From NCBI GenBank assembly GCA_017532425.1, contig JAFXJH010000019.1:1029-65028 (forward strand): 64,000 bases of DNA, read 5' to 3'. This document shows, piece by piece, positions 54,869-63,958 of the stretch (its first letter is position 1; every line of letters starts with the position of its first letter). Made by a program: the position numbers and the translations under genes. Under the pieces are notes generated by a model. The model made no database searches. It saw only the letters and a list, made by a program, of their open reading frames with translations, and was not told where the DNA came from. The stretch is from Clostridia bacterium. Its GTDB lineage: Bacteria; Bacillota; Clostridia; Oscillospirales; CAG-272.

Positions 54869-55963
54869 TTACTTCAGAATTTCAAGTAAGATCTTTGCAG
54901 CTTCGCGCATAGTGAGCTCGCCGTCGGAAATGCCTGATACGCTTATCGATTCCTTGCAGATATACGAAGCCATTTCGAGCGCCTTGGCAGAGGTGAGAAT
55001 ATCGATCTCAGAGTCGGATATTTCGCCGAAAACAGAGATAACGTCGTTCTCGTCGTCGGGAAGAGAAAGTCCGGCGGCAGCCATAGCCATTATGGCAAAT
55101 TCGTCATAGGAAACAGCCTTATCGGGCTCAAAATAGCTGTATTTTCCGATAGTTTTTCCGACGTAGATGCCCTTGTCGGCAAGGAGAAGAGCATCGTATT
55201 TGAATTCGCTTCCGAGGTCAACGTAGCTGATGGTGGGCGCTTTTTTTACGTCAAGCGATACGCTTATGATATCGGACGCGTTGCCGTAGCAGTCGGTCAC
55301 AATATAGGAAAAAGAATCCTCGCCCACGGCGTTTTTGTCGGGAGTATAGACAAATTTTCCGCTTGACGGATCATCGAGAGTGAGCTTCCCGTGAGAGGGG
55401 CGAGATACGATAGAAAAGGTGACGCTGTCGCCGTCGGGGTCGCGCGCGGAGAGATAGTCAATGCGGTCAATTCCCGCGTAGGCGGATACCACCTTCGAGG
55501 ATGCGCTCGGCGCAAAGTTGAGAGTGTCGGTGAATTTTATCGTGCAATCGATAACACGGGGATATCCCGAGGAGATGCATCCGAAAACGAAGGAGGCATC
55601 GTCTACAGACTCGCTTGCAGGGATAAATACCAGCTTTGAGAGCTTGCTTCGGGGGATTATCTGATTTGCAAGGACGGGCACTTTGCCGAGCATAAGCTTT
55701 CCGTCGGCAGAATCGGGAAGAATAAGGATAGTTATGCTGGCAAGACGGGAGCTGCCGATACATTCTTCAAATTCGTCGGTGTCAAAGCTTACTCGGCTTC
55801 CGCGCATGCCGTTTTTGGTGAAGACCGTGTTTTGCGCAAGATTGTCAATAGCGGGTGAAAGACTTTCCTTGGCGTGAGCGGCACACGGGATGATGAGAGC
55901 GCTGAAAATAAGCGAGATAAAAATAATTGAGGTCAGAATTTTGAATAAACGGGATTTTTTCAT
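54869..55963 (-). CDS. Secreted protein with cadherin-like/Ig-like domain and a possible SLH-like C-terminus
   Basis: Signal peptide MKKSRLFKILTSIIFISLIFSALIIPCAAHA. Contains DPDGDSVTFSIVSRPSHGKLTLDDPSSGKFVYTPDKNAVGEDSFSYIVTD. The C-terminal FEPDKAVSYDEFAIMAMAAAGL resembles an SLH motif. Confidence 0.6.
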   Translation of the reverse strand: MKKSRLFKILTSIIFISLIFSALIIPCAAHAKESLSPAIDNLAQNTVFTKNGMRGSRVSFDTDEFEECIGSSRLASITILILPDSADGKLMLGKVPVLANQIIPRSKLSKLVFIPASESVDDASFVFGCISSGYPRVIDCTIKFTDTLNFAPSASSKVVSAYAGIDRIDYLSARDPDGDSVTFSIVSRPSHGKLTLDDPSSGKFVYTPDKNAVGEDSFSYIVTDCYGNASDIISVSLDVKKAPTISYVDLGSEFKYDALLLADKGIYVGKTIGKYSYFEPDKAVSYDEFAIMAMAAAGLSLPDDENDVISVFGEISDSEIDILTSAKALEMASYICKESISVSGISDGELTMREAAKILLEILK

Positions 55964-56147
55964 TTTAAATATTCCTTTCTTTTGGTACTGAAATAATTAT
56001 TGGCAAAATAAGTGAGAAATATTCCCGTGAAGTATAGAAGAAAATATAAATTTGCGGTAAAATAGGGTGTGAGGTTTTTATAAGATAGGTTGTGTAATAA
56101 GTGAAGGACACTTTAATAAAAGCTTTTTGGGGAAAGGAGAGATATCA

Positions 56148-56708
56148 ATGGATAACGGTGCAAGTAGCTACCGCCGTTTCCGTGAAGATGGTGACGAAAG
56201 CGGACTTGAAGAAATAATACGCGATTATAGGGACGGACTTGTCTTTTATCTTAAAAGTATCGTGGGAAATATACACGAAGCGGAGGAGCTTGCAGAGGAT
56301 ACCTTCGTTTTGCTCGGCACGAAAAAGCCGAGAGATAAGGAAATAGGATCTTTTAAGACCTGGCTGTATACGATAGGAAGAAATATCGCTATAAATCATA
56401 TAAGGCGGAAAAAGCGCACGGACACTCTGCCTATTGATGATCTGCCCACACTTGTAAGTGAGGAAAAAGACCTTGAAAAGGCGTATATCAGAGAGGAAAG
56501 AAAGATAAGCGTACATAAAGCGCTGAAAAAACTGAAAACCGAATATCACGAGGTCATATGGCTTGTGTATTTTGAGGGTATGAGTATTAAAGAGACAGCG
56601 GCGATAATGAAAAAATCGGTGCACAATATAGAAACACTTGTTTACCGTGCACGAAAATCGCTGAGATCAGAGCTTGAAAAGGAGGGCTTTGTTTATGAAG
56701 AGCTATGA
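56148..56708 (+). CDS. ECF-type RNA polymerase sigma factor
   Basis: Region 2 is HEAEELAEDTFVLL..FKTWLYTIGRNIAINHIRR. Region 4 is VIWLVYFEGMSIKETAAIMKKSVHNIETLVYRARKSL. ATG at 56148 follows AAAGGAGAG. Confidence 0.85.
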   Translation: MDNGASSYRRFREDGDESGLEEIIRDYRDGLVFYLKSIVGNIHEAEELAEDTFVLLGTKKPRDKEIGSFKTWLYTIGRNIAINHIRRKKRTDTLPIDDLPTLVSEEKDLEKAYIREERKISVHKALKKLKTEYHEVIWLVYFEGMSIKETAAIMKKSVHNIETLVYRARKSLRSELEKEGFVYEEL

Positions 56709-57732
56709 TGAAACAATAAGCGCGGTGCTTGACCGCATAAGAGAAAACAATATCGAAAACCAGCGCAAAAGGAAGATGGCACTAAAGCTGATAACTTCGC
56801 TCGGTTGCTTGTGCCTCGTTGTGGCTGTTTGTGTGGGAGTGTGGAATATTGATTTCTCCGCACTTACGGGGGATGAAAAAACACCTGTGGATGAAAACAT
56901 ACCTAAAGAAGATGTTTTCCTGCTCAGTAACGGATTGTCACCGTCAGAAGACAAGTTGGTCGGATTTTCTATACCTGCAAGCGATTACGGCATAGCCCGT
57001 GCGGCGCACTCGGAAAATATAGTGTTTAGCGAATTAAAGAACAAAGTAAAAACTCCGTTTAAAGGAGCGGGCACTTTTGTTTATCGACATACCGAATGTG
57101 AATATAGAACTATTGGTTCAAAAGAATACGGAGATTTTTACAGTTCTTTTGACATATATATCGAAGAAGAAACTGGAGCTAGAGTTGAGTATTTGCACGG
57201 CACAAATATCATAACGGCTTATAGAAAAGGTAATATAGAAAGACCGCGGGGAGGCGCAACCATTGATGAGAAGCGAGCAAAACAAGCAGCAAAAGAACTT
57301 GTTTTGAAAATAATGACCGAAAAAGAATTTTCCGAATATGATGAAGGAGTATTTTCACCGTATGCCGGAAGCGGTCTGTACGCTGTTCTCTACACACGCT
57401 ACATTAATGGATATGCGACTGATGACAGCATAAATGTAGTTGTAACTCCGGACGGAGAAGCTGTAATGTATAACGGACGTTATGTTGGCAAATATGATAC
57501 TCTTGAATCAAAGCTTACGAAAGAAAAGCTTGATGCAGCTAACGAAAAGCTCAGAACAAAAATAGAAGAAATGAATTTGAAAAATTTGTCTATGGGAATT
57601 TCCCGTATTTTAACGACTATAACAGGTGAAGTTTTTATTAGGATCCCGATAGAATACGATGGTTCAAAAGAACCTCCCGCTGACGTTGTGGTTAGCAAAG
57701 CGACTGCATATGTGTATATAAGTGTAAATTAA
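56695..57732 (+). CDS. Putative anti-sigma factor (single TM, large extracytoplasmic domain)
   Basis: Overlaps the sigma-factor stop codon by 14 nt. It has a short cytoplasmic N-terminus and the TM segment LKLITSLGCLCLVVAVCVGVW. Confidence 0.55.
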   Translation: MKSYDETISAVLDRIRENNIENQRKRKMALKLITSLGCLCLVVAVCVGVWNIDFSALTGDEKTPVDENIPKEDVFLLSNGLSPSEDKLVGFSIPASDYGIARAAHSENIVFSELKNKVKTPFKGAGTFVYRHTECEYRTIGSKEYGDFYSSFDIYIEEETGARVEYLHGTNIITAYRKGNIERPRGGATIDEKRAKQAAKELVLKIMTEKEFSEYDEGVFSPYAGSGLYAVLYTRYINGYATDDSINVVVTPDGEAVMYNGRYVGKYDTLESKLTKEKLDAANEKLRTKIEEMNLKNLSMGISRILTTITGEVFIRIPIEYDGSKEPPADVVVSKATAYVYISVN

Positions 57733-57746
57733 TTTTAATACCCCAC

Positions 57747-57773
57747 CCCCGCGCTACCCGCGCGGGGATTTTT
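57747..57773 (+). terminator. Rho-independent terminator
   Basis: CCCCGCGC, loop taccc, GCGCGGGG, then ATTTTT. Confidence 0.8.
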
Positions 57774-57827
57774 CTGCTCAATCACCAATTTTCTGAATCA
57801 AAAAAACACAAAATTAATAAAAAAGTC

Positions 57828-57856
57828 TTGTAATCGCAAAAGAAGCGTGATATAAT
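57828..57856 (+). promoter_or_regulatory. sigma-A type promoter of ilvE
   Basis: TTGTAA (57828-57833), 17-nt spacer, TATAAT (57851-57856), with extended TG (gtgaTATAAT). Confidence 0.6.
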
Positions 57857-57918
57857 AATTATAATTTTGGATACTTATAGTCGTTTTGCCTTGAGCAGGG
57901 CAAACACAGGAGGTTTTT

Positions 57919-58989
57919 ATGCTTAACATAAGATACGAATACACAACAGAAAAAAAGGTTAAACCCGATTACTCCAAGCTTGGATTTGGTAAGTATTTTA
58001 CAGACCACATGTTTATGATGGATTATACAGAGGGTCAGGGCTGGCACGATGCACGTATAGTTCCTTTCCAGAACCTCTCGCTTTCTCCCGCAACCGCAGT
58101 TTTCCACTACGCGCAGGAAATGTTCGAGGGTCTTAAGGCTTATAAGACAGCAGACGGAAAGATTCAGCTCTTCAGACCTCAGAAGAATATCGAAAGACTT
58201 AACAACACAAACAGACGTATGTGTATCCCCGAGATCGATCCCGATGACGTTCTTCAGGCTATCAAGGCTGTAGTTAAGACGGACGAGGACTGGATCCCCG
58301 AGGAAGAGGGCAAGTCGCTCTATATCAGACCCTTCATTATCGCAACGGACGCTATGCTCGGTGTTCACCCCTCTCATAGCTATCTCTTCTGCATTATTCT
58401 TTCTCCCGTCGGTGCGTACTACGCAACGGGTATCAACCCCGTTAAGATCTACGTTGAGCCCGAATACGTTCGCGCTGTAAAGGGCGGTACGGGATTTGCA
58501 AAGGTCGGCGGTAACTACGCGGCTTCTCTTAAGGGTCAGGAAGTAGCTGAAAAGCTCGGATACGCACAGGTGCTCTGGCTTGACGGTATTCACCATAAGT
58601 ATATAGACGAGGTCGGCGCTATGAACGTCTTCTTCGTTATAGACGGTGAGATCATTACTCCCACACTTGAAAACGGAAATATCCTTCCCGGCGTTACACG
58701 TGACTCGGCTATTCAGCTCCTCAGAAGCTGGGGATATAAGGTAAGCGAAAGACTCCTCTCGATCGATGAGATCCGCGAGGCTGCCGATAACGGCAAGCTC
58801 GACGAGGCTTTCGGTACGGGTACAGCCGCAGTTATCTCTCCTATCGGCGAGCTTAACGAGGCAGGCAAGGTTATGATAATCAACGAAGGCAAGATCGGAC
58901 CGATCTCCCAGCGTCTTTATAATAATCTCACAGGTATTCAGTGGGGTACGGTTGAAGACACAATGGGCTGGACGGTTGCAGTTGACTGA
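57919..58989 (+). CDS. ilvE: Branched-chain amino acid aminotransferase
   Basis: 356 aa, class IV aminotransferase. Contains FTDHMF, FHYAQEMFEGLKAY, GGTGFAKVGGNYA and GVTRDS. Confidence 0.9.
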   Translation: MLNIRYEYTTEKKVKPDYSKLGFGKYFTDHMFMMDYTEGQGWHDARIVPFQNLSLSPATAVFHYAQEMFEGLKAYKTADGKIQLFRPQKNIERLNNTNRRMCIPEIDPDDVLQAIKAVVKTDEDWIPEEEGKSLYIRPFIIATDAMLGVHPSHSYLFCIILSPVGAYYATGINPVKIYVEPEYVRAVKGGTGFAKVGGNYAASLKGQEVAEKLGYAQVLWLDGIHHKYIDEVGAMNVFFVIDGEIITPTLENGNILPGVTRDSAIQLLRSWGYKVSERLLSIDEIREAADNGKLDEAFGTGTAAVISPIGELNEAGKVMIINEGKIGPISQRLYNNLTGIQWGTVEDTMGWTVAVD

Positions 58990-59006
58990 TCTTCGGATTT
59001 TGAATT

Positions 59007-59936
59007 ATGAAGCTTGATATCGGCAAAGAATTTGACGGTATGACCGTGCGCGATTTTCTGACACACGAGCTTCAGCTTTCGCGCAGGTGTATTTCTTCGC
59101 TGAAAAATCACGAAAAGGGAATGGTTCTTAACGGTGACAGAGTTACCGTAAGAGCCCTTCTCTCAAGCGGTGACATTTTGGAGCTCGCTCTTGAGGACGA
59201 AAGCGAGGATATCACCGAGCTGACTCCGGTGAATATACCGATAGAGGTTATATACGAGGATGAAGCCGTGACCGTGGTTAATAAGCCCGCGGGAATGCCG
59301 ACGATACTTTCTCACGGTCATTACGAGGATACTCTGGCAAACGCGCTTGCGTACAGATACCGCGGCAGAGGCTTCGTTATGCGTGCTGTCAACCGACTTG
59401 ACAGAGATACGAGCGGAATATGCCTTGTGGCAAACAGCCGCAGAAGCGCGTATATTCTCTGCGAGCAGATGAAGAGCAGAGAAATGACGAAAAAGTATAT
59501 AGCTCTGCTTGACGGCAGAATAGATGCCGATAATTCAGAAAAGATAATAAAAAACTATATAAAACGTAAAGAAGGAAGCACGATGATGCGCGAAGTTACC
59601 CTTGACCCAAGCGGCGGGGATATTGCCGAAACGCATTATCGCCTTTTTGCGCAGAGCAAAAAATACAGCGCTGTGATAGCAGAGCCGAAAACGGGCAGAA
59701 CTCATCAGCTTCGCGTGCATTTTTCGCATATGGGATATCCGATAGTCGGTGATACTATGTACGGAGAGAAAAGCGAGCTGATAGACCGTCAGGCGCTTCA
59801 CGCCTTTGAGCTGACATTTACTCATCCCTATACGAAGGAAAAAATGACGTTTCGCGCGCCTCTTCCCGAGGATATGCTCGCCGTTATGCGGGACGTTGAG
59901 ATGGATATCGATCTCGCGGAGCTTAAAGCAGAGTGA
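59007..59936 (+). CDS. RluA-family pseudouridine synthase (S4 domain plus catalytic domain)
   Basis: Contains VNRLDRDTSGICLVA and HQLRVHFSHMGYPIVGDTMYG. Confidence 0.9.
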   Translation: MKLDIGKEFDGMTVRDFLTHELQLSRRCISSLKNHEKGMVLNGDRVTVRALLSSGDILELALEDESEDITELTPVNIPIEVIYEDEAVTVVNKPAGMPTILSHGHYEDTLANALAYRYRGRGFVMRAVNRLDRDTSGICLVANSRRSAYILCEQMKSREMTKKYIALLDGRIDADNSEKIIKNYIKRKEGSTMMREVTLDPSGGDIAETHYRLFAQSKKYSAVIAEPKTGRTHQLRVHFSHMGYPIVGDTMYGEKSELIDRQALHAFELTFTHPYTKEKMTFRAPLPEDMLAVMRDVEMDIDLAELKAE

Positions 59937-59980
59937 CGCTTGCAAGCGCTGAAATATCTGTTTGTGAAAGGAATTACCAG

Positions 59981-61174
59981 ATGTCCGAAGAAAAGATAAA
60001 CGACTATCCGAATATAACCGAATGTGAAAATATTTCGGATGAAAACACAGAAGGCGCAAAAAAAGTCAAAAGGAGCTTTCGCGAAGCTTTTTTTAAGTTT
60101 TGTCCGCTTGCTTGCGTAGTCTTTTTCGCTTTGGGCATAATTTCCTTTGCCGTTCATATGATAGCTGTGGCATCCCCCGATTTTGCCGACTTTATTACGA
60201 AATACGTGGCATCGGGCGTGAGATTTACGCTTGCAAAGCTTACCGGATGGATACCATTTTCACTTGCGGAAATGATAATAATAATTCTTCCGCTTATTCT
60301 CGTGGCTCTGATAGTGATCGGCATAAAAGTAGTAAGATCGAATAAAAAGTATGCCTATTCTCGATATATCTGCACGCTTCTTTCGATAATCGTGACCTTT
60401 TACTCGCTTTTCGTCTTCACCCTCGGTACGGGATATCAGGGCAGAACGCTTTATGAAAAGCTGGGCGTTGAGAAGCCGAAATACGAGGATTCCTCCGATC
60501 TTCTCGCGCTTTGCGAATATCTCCGCGATAACGCTAAGGAATGTGCGAAGGATATAACCTTTAATGAGCTCACGGGCTCGGTAATGCCTTATTCGCGCGA
60601 TGAGCTTAACGATCTTTTGAACGATGCCTGCATAAAAGCAGCAGAAAAATACGATTTTATTTCCCCGCTCAGATCAAATTTTAAGCACGTGATACTGAGT
60701 CACTATATGACGTATACTCACATTTCGGGAGTATATACCTACTATACGGGCGAATCGAATATAAATACGAATTTCCCCGATTATACTCTTCCGTATACCG
60801 CGGCGCACGAGATGGCGCATCAACGCGGCATAGCTCCGGAAAACGAAGCTAATTTCGTTGCTTATCTGATATGTATGGAAAGCGATGATAATTATATCAG
60901 ATACAGCGCGTATCTTAATTTGCTCGAATACGTTCAGTCGACTCTTTATAAAGCCGACAAGAGCGCGTACAGCGCATTCTCCTTTACGCTCGGAGAAGAG
61001 ATATATCTCGAATTCCGCGCATATAACGCATTTTTTGACGAATACCGCCAAAACGTAGTTGCGAACGTGAGCCAGGCGGTAAACGATACCTACCTCAAGG
61101 CGCAGGGACAGTCCGCAGGAACGATAAGCTATTCGCTCGTCGTCGGACTCGCCATCGCATATCTCGATTATTGA
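59981..61174 (+). CDS. DUF3810-like membrane zinc-metallopeptidase-like protein
   Basis: HExxH is present in YTAAHEMAHQRGIAPENEANF, with N-terminal TM segments. ATG at 59981 follows GAAAGGA. Confidence 0.65.
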   Translation: MSEEKINDYPNITECENISDENTEGAKKVKRSFREAFFKFCPLACVVFFALGIISFAVHMIAVASPDFADFITKYVASGVRFTLAKLTGWIPFSLAEMIIIILPLILVALIVIGIKVVRSNKKYAYSRYICTLLSIIVTFYSLFVFTLGTGYQGRTLYEKLGVEKPKYEDSSDLLALCEYLRDNAKECAKDITFNELTGSVMPYSRDELNDLLNDACIKAAEKYDFISPLRSNFKHVILSHYMTYTHISGVYTYYTGESNINTNFPDYTLPYTAAHEMAHQRGIAPENEANFVAYLICMESDDNYIRYSAYLNLLEYVQSTLYKADKSAYSAFSFTLGEEIYLEFRAYNAFFDEYRQNVVANVSQAVNDTYLKAQGQSAGTISYSLVVGLAIAYLDY

Positions 61175-61256
61175 AAACAAGTGCCGAAATGACATAAAAG
61201 CCTCGTCGGCATATTATAATATTGATTTAACAACTGTCAAAAGGAATGATCATATA

Positions 61257-62543
61257 ATGGAAAAGATAGTTATTAACGGCTCAAGGCCGCTTAACGGTGA
61301 AATTGAAATAGGCGGAATGAAAAACGGAGCACTTCCGATAATATTCGCCGCACTCCTTGTAACGAAGGGTGTTTCTGTTATAGAAAATCTGCCCGCTGTC
61401 AAGGACATCGATCTTTCTCTTGAAATAATAGAAAGCCTCGGTGCAAAGGTAGACCGCATAGATAAGCATACCGCAAGAATAGACGCAACGTCGGTAAAGG
61501 TGTCCGAGCCTCCGGCATCTCTTGTGAGAAAGATGAGAGCATCCTATTATCTTCTCGGAGCAGAGCTCGGAAGATTCGGTGAGGCTGTCGTTCAGTATCC
61601 GGGCGGATGCGATTTCGGCGGACGTCCGATAGACAGACATATCAAGGGCTTCGAAACCCTCGGTGCAACGGTTACGGAAACCTTCTCTGAAAGCGGAAAA
61701 TGCGTAAGAGCTGTGACCGAGGGCGGTGTTGTCGGAGCAAACGTCTTCTTTGATGACGTTTCGGTCGGTGCAACCATAAACGTAATGCTCGCCGCGGTTA
61801 CCGCCAAGGGTCTTACAATAATTGAAAACGCTGCAAGAGAGCCTCACGTTGTTGACCTTGCAAACTTCCTCAATACCTGCGGCGCAAAGGTAATGGGCGC
61901 GGGTACTCCCACTATAAAGATAACCGGAGTCGATAAAAACGAGCTCCACGGATGTACATATACGGTCGTTCCCGATATGATAGAGGCGGGCACTTATATG
62001 GTGGCAGCCGCCGCAACGGGTGGAAGCGTACTCATAAAGAACGTTATCCCGAAGCACCTTGAAGCAACCTCTACAAAGCTCGCCGAGATGGGCGTTAAGA
62101 TAGTGGAAAATGACGACAGCGTCGAGGTCAGCGTTCCGTCGGGACTTAACGCAACCAATATCAAGACTCTTCCGTATCCGGGTATCCCGACCGATATGCA
62201 GCCTCAGTTCTGCGTGCTTATGTGCGTTGCAAACGGTGTAAGTAAGCTCGTAGAGGGTGTTTTCGACAACAGATTCCAGTACGTCGATCAGCTCAGAAAT
62301 ATGGGTGCTTCCATCGAAGTAAACGGTCGCGTGGCTACTATAAGCGGCGGATCGCCTCTTTACGGCGCAGCTGTCAATGCATCCGACCTCAGAGCGGGCG
62401 CGGCTATGATAATCGCGGGACTTGCCGCTAACGGAAAGACAGAAATTGAAAATATCAATTATATTAACCGCGGTTATGAGGATATAGTTGAAAAGCTTTC
62501 GGCTGTCGGAGCAGATATCGCTCTTGTAAACGTAGAAGACTAA
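61257..62543 (+). CDS. murA: UDP-N-acetylglucosamine 1-carboxyvinyltransferase
   Basis: 428 aa. Contains GGMKNGALPIIFAALL, active-site loop YPGGCDFGGRPIDRH, and PYPGIPTDMQPQF. Confidence 0.95.
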   Translation: MEKIVINGSRPLNGEIEIGGMKNGALPIIFAALLVTKGVSVIENLPAVKDIDLSLEIIESLGAKVDRIDKHTARIDATSVKVSEPPASLVRKMRASYYLLGAELGRFGEAVVQYPGGCDFGGRPIDRHIKGFETLGATVTETFSESGKCVRAVTEGGVVGANVFFDDVSVGATINVMLAAVTAKGLTIIENAAREPHVVDLANFLNTCGAKVMGAGTPTIKITGVDKNELHGCTYTVVPDMIEAGTYMVAAAATGGSVLIKNVIPKHLEATSTKLAEMGVKIVENDDSVEVSVPSGLNATNIKTLPYPGIPTDMQPQFCVLMCVANGVSKLVEGVFDNRFQYVDQLRNMGASIEVNGRVATISGGSPLYGAAVNASDLRAGAAMIIAGLAANGKTEIENINYINRGYEDIVEKLSAVGADIALVNVED

Positions 62544-62572
62544 AAAATCCGGAGCTTGCTCCGGATTTTTTG
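62542..62572 (+). terminator. Rho-independent terminator of murA
   Basis: AAAAAATCCGGAG, loop cttg, CTCCGGATTTTTT. Confidence 0.85.
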
Positions 62573-62576
62573 GCAA

Positions 62577-62863
62577 AGGGAACTTTTTGGAAAAAGTTCC
62601 CTCTGCACACCCTCAAAAACTTTGCTGAAAAGAAGAATTTTAGGGGCGAAATTTATGGGCAGTACCATTAGTTTTTTTCTTTAATAAAGTTTCTTGAAAT
62701 TCCTAGGAACTTTTTGAAAAAAAGTTCCCTCCGGACTCCTTCAAAAGCTTTGCAGAAAAGAAAAAATCATATTGAAGTCTACAAATCGCCCCTTTACTTT
62801 TTGTCTTTCCTTTTGAGAAAAGTTTTTGAAGTTCTTAGAAACTTTTTACAAAAAGTTTCTAAG
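62577..62863. repeat. Hairpin-module repeat cluster, locus B
   Basis: Hairpins at 62577-62602 (12 bp), ~62704-62731 (imperfect) and 62834-62863 (14 bp). The linkers are homologous to those of locus A. Confidence 0.85.
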
Positions 62864-62987
62864 CGGGATCCAAGGGCAGAGCCCTTGGCGGGATTCAAGG
62901 GCAGAGCCCTTGGCGGGATTCAAGGGCAGAGCCCTTGGCGGGATTCAAGGGCAGAGTCCTTGGTGGGTTTCAGGGCAGAGCCCTGAG
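62864..62987 (+). repeat. 25-nt tandem hairpin array (4 full units plus 1 degenerate unit)
   Basis: The unit cgggatTCAAGGGCagaGCCCTTGg occurs at 62864, 62889, 62914 and 62939. A degenerate unit spans 62964-62987. The array ends 2 nt before the GAAAGGA RBS of the next gene. Confidence 0.9.
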
Positions 62988-62998
62988 AAAGGATAAAA

Positions 62999-63958
62999 AT
63001 GAGAACACTTACGGTTAATAAAAACGATGCGGGACAGAGGCTGGATAAATTTCTGTCGAAGGCAGTGCCGACGCTTCCGGGATCGCTGATGTATAAGCTC
63101 ATAAGAACGAAGAAGATAAAGGTCAACAGAAAGCGCACGGAGCATACCTATTTTCTGTGCGAGGGCGATACGGTCGAGCTGTTCATTAAAGAAGAATTTT
63201 TTGAAAATACGGTAGAAACGAGCGCGCTGAAGCTGACACCGCATATAGATATAATATACGAAGACGAAAATATAATGCTCTGCGATAAAAGAGCAGGGAT
63301 GATAGTTCATTCGGACGATAAAGAGAGCACGAATACGCTGATATCGCATATTACGGCGTATCTCTATCAGAAGGGCGAATACGATCCGAATAAAGAAAAC
63401 TCGTTTGCGCCCGCACTGTGTAACAGAATAGACAGAAATACGGGCGGAATAGTTATAGCGGCAAAAAACGCGCAGACCCTTCGTATAATGAACGAAAAGA
63501 TAAAGAACAGAGAACTTAAAAAGAAATATCTTGCCGCGGTTCACGGGATTTTCAAGGAAAAAGAAGGACTTCTGAAGGGATACCTTATAAAAGATCAGAA
63601 AACCAATACGGTAAAGGTATTTGAAGTACAGCCGAAATTCGGCGATGCGAAGAAGATAGTTACGGGATACCGCGTTGTTGCCGAAAAAAACGGTCTTTCG
63701 CTGCTTGAGGTCGACCTCATAACGGGACGTACTCATCAGATAAGAGCTCATATGTCATCGATAGGACATCCGCTGCTTGGCGATGGAAAATACGGCGTAA
63801 ACAGAGAGGATAAGCAGAGCGGATATAAATATCAGGCACTTTATTCGTATTGCCTTGAATTTTGCTTTACGGGTGACTCGGGAATACTTGAATATCTGAA
63901 TGAAAGGAAATTCGAAATAAATGAAGACAAGATCTGGTTTTGCAGAGAATTTCAGTAA
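62999..63958 (+). CDS. RluA-family pseudouridine synthase (S4 domain plus catalytic domain)
   Basis: Contains CNRIDRNTGGIVIAAK and HQIRAHMSSIGHPLLGDGKYG. Confidence 0.9.
   Translation: MRTLTVNKNDAGQRLDKFLSKAVPTLPGSLMYKLIRTKKIKVNRKRTEHTYFLCEGDTVELFIKEEFFENTVETSALKLTPHIDIIYEDENIMLCDKRAGMIVHSDDKESTNTLISHITAYLYQKGEYDPNKENSFAPALCNRIDRNTGGIVIAAKNAQTLRIMNEKIKNRELKKKYLAAVHGIFKEKEGLLKGYLIKDQKTNTVKVFEVQPKFGDAKKIVTGYRVVAEKNGLSLLEVDLITGRTHQIRAHMSSIGHPLLGDGKYGVNREDKQSGYKYQALYSYCLEFCFTGDSGILEYLNERKFEINEDKIWFCREFQ

Noticed and set aside
54572-55109. ORFs reading through the hairpin clusters: 54572..54766, 54699..55109, 62714..62986 and 62920..63138. Their translations include peptides such as FKGRALGGIQGQSPW.
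   Set aside because: They are translations of palindromic or tandem repeats. They are readable on both strands, have no RBS and overlap terminators. They are artefacts of the repeat elements.
62864-62987. Possible CRISPR array, given regular short direct repeats.
   Set aside because: The units are contiguous with a 25-nt period and no spacers between them. No cas genes or leader are present. It is a tandem repeat, not a CRISPR array.
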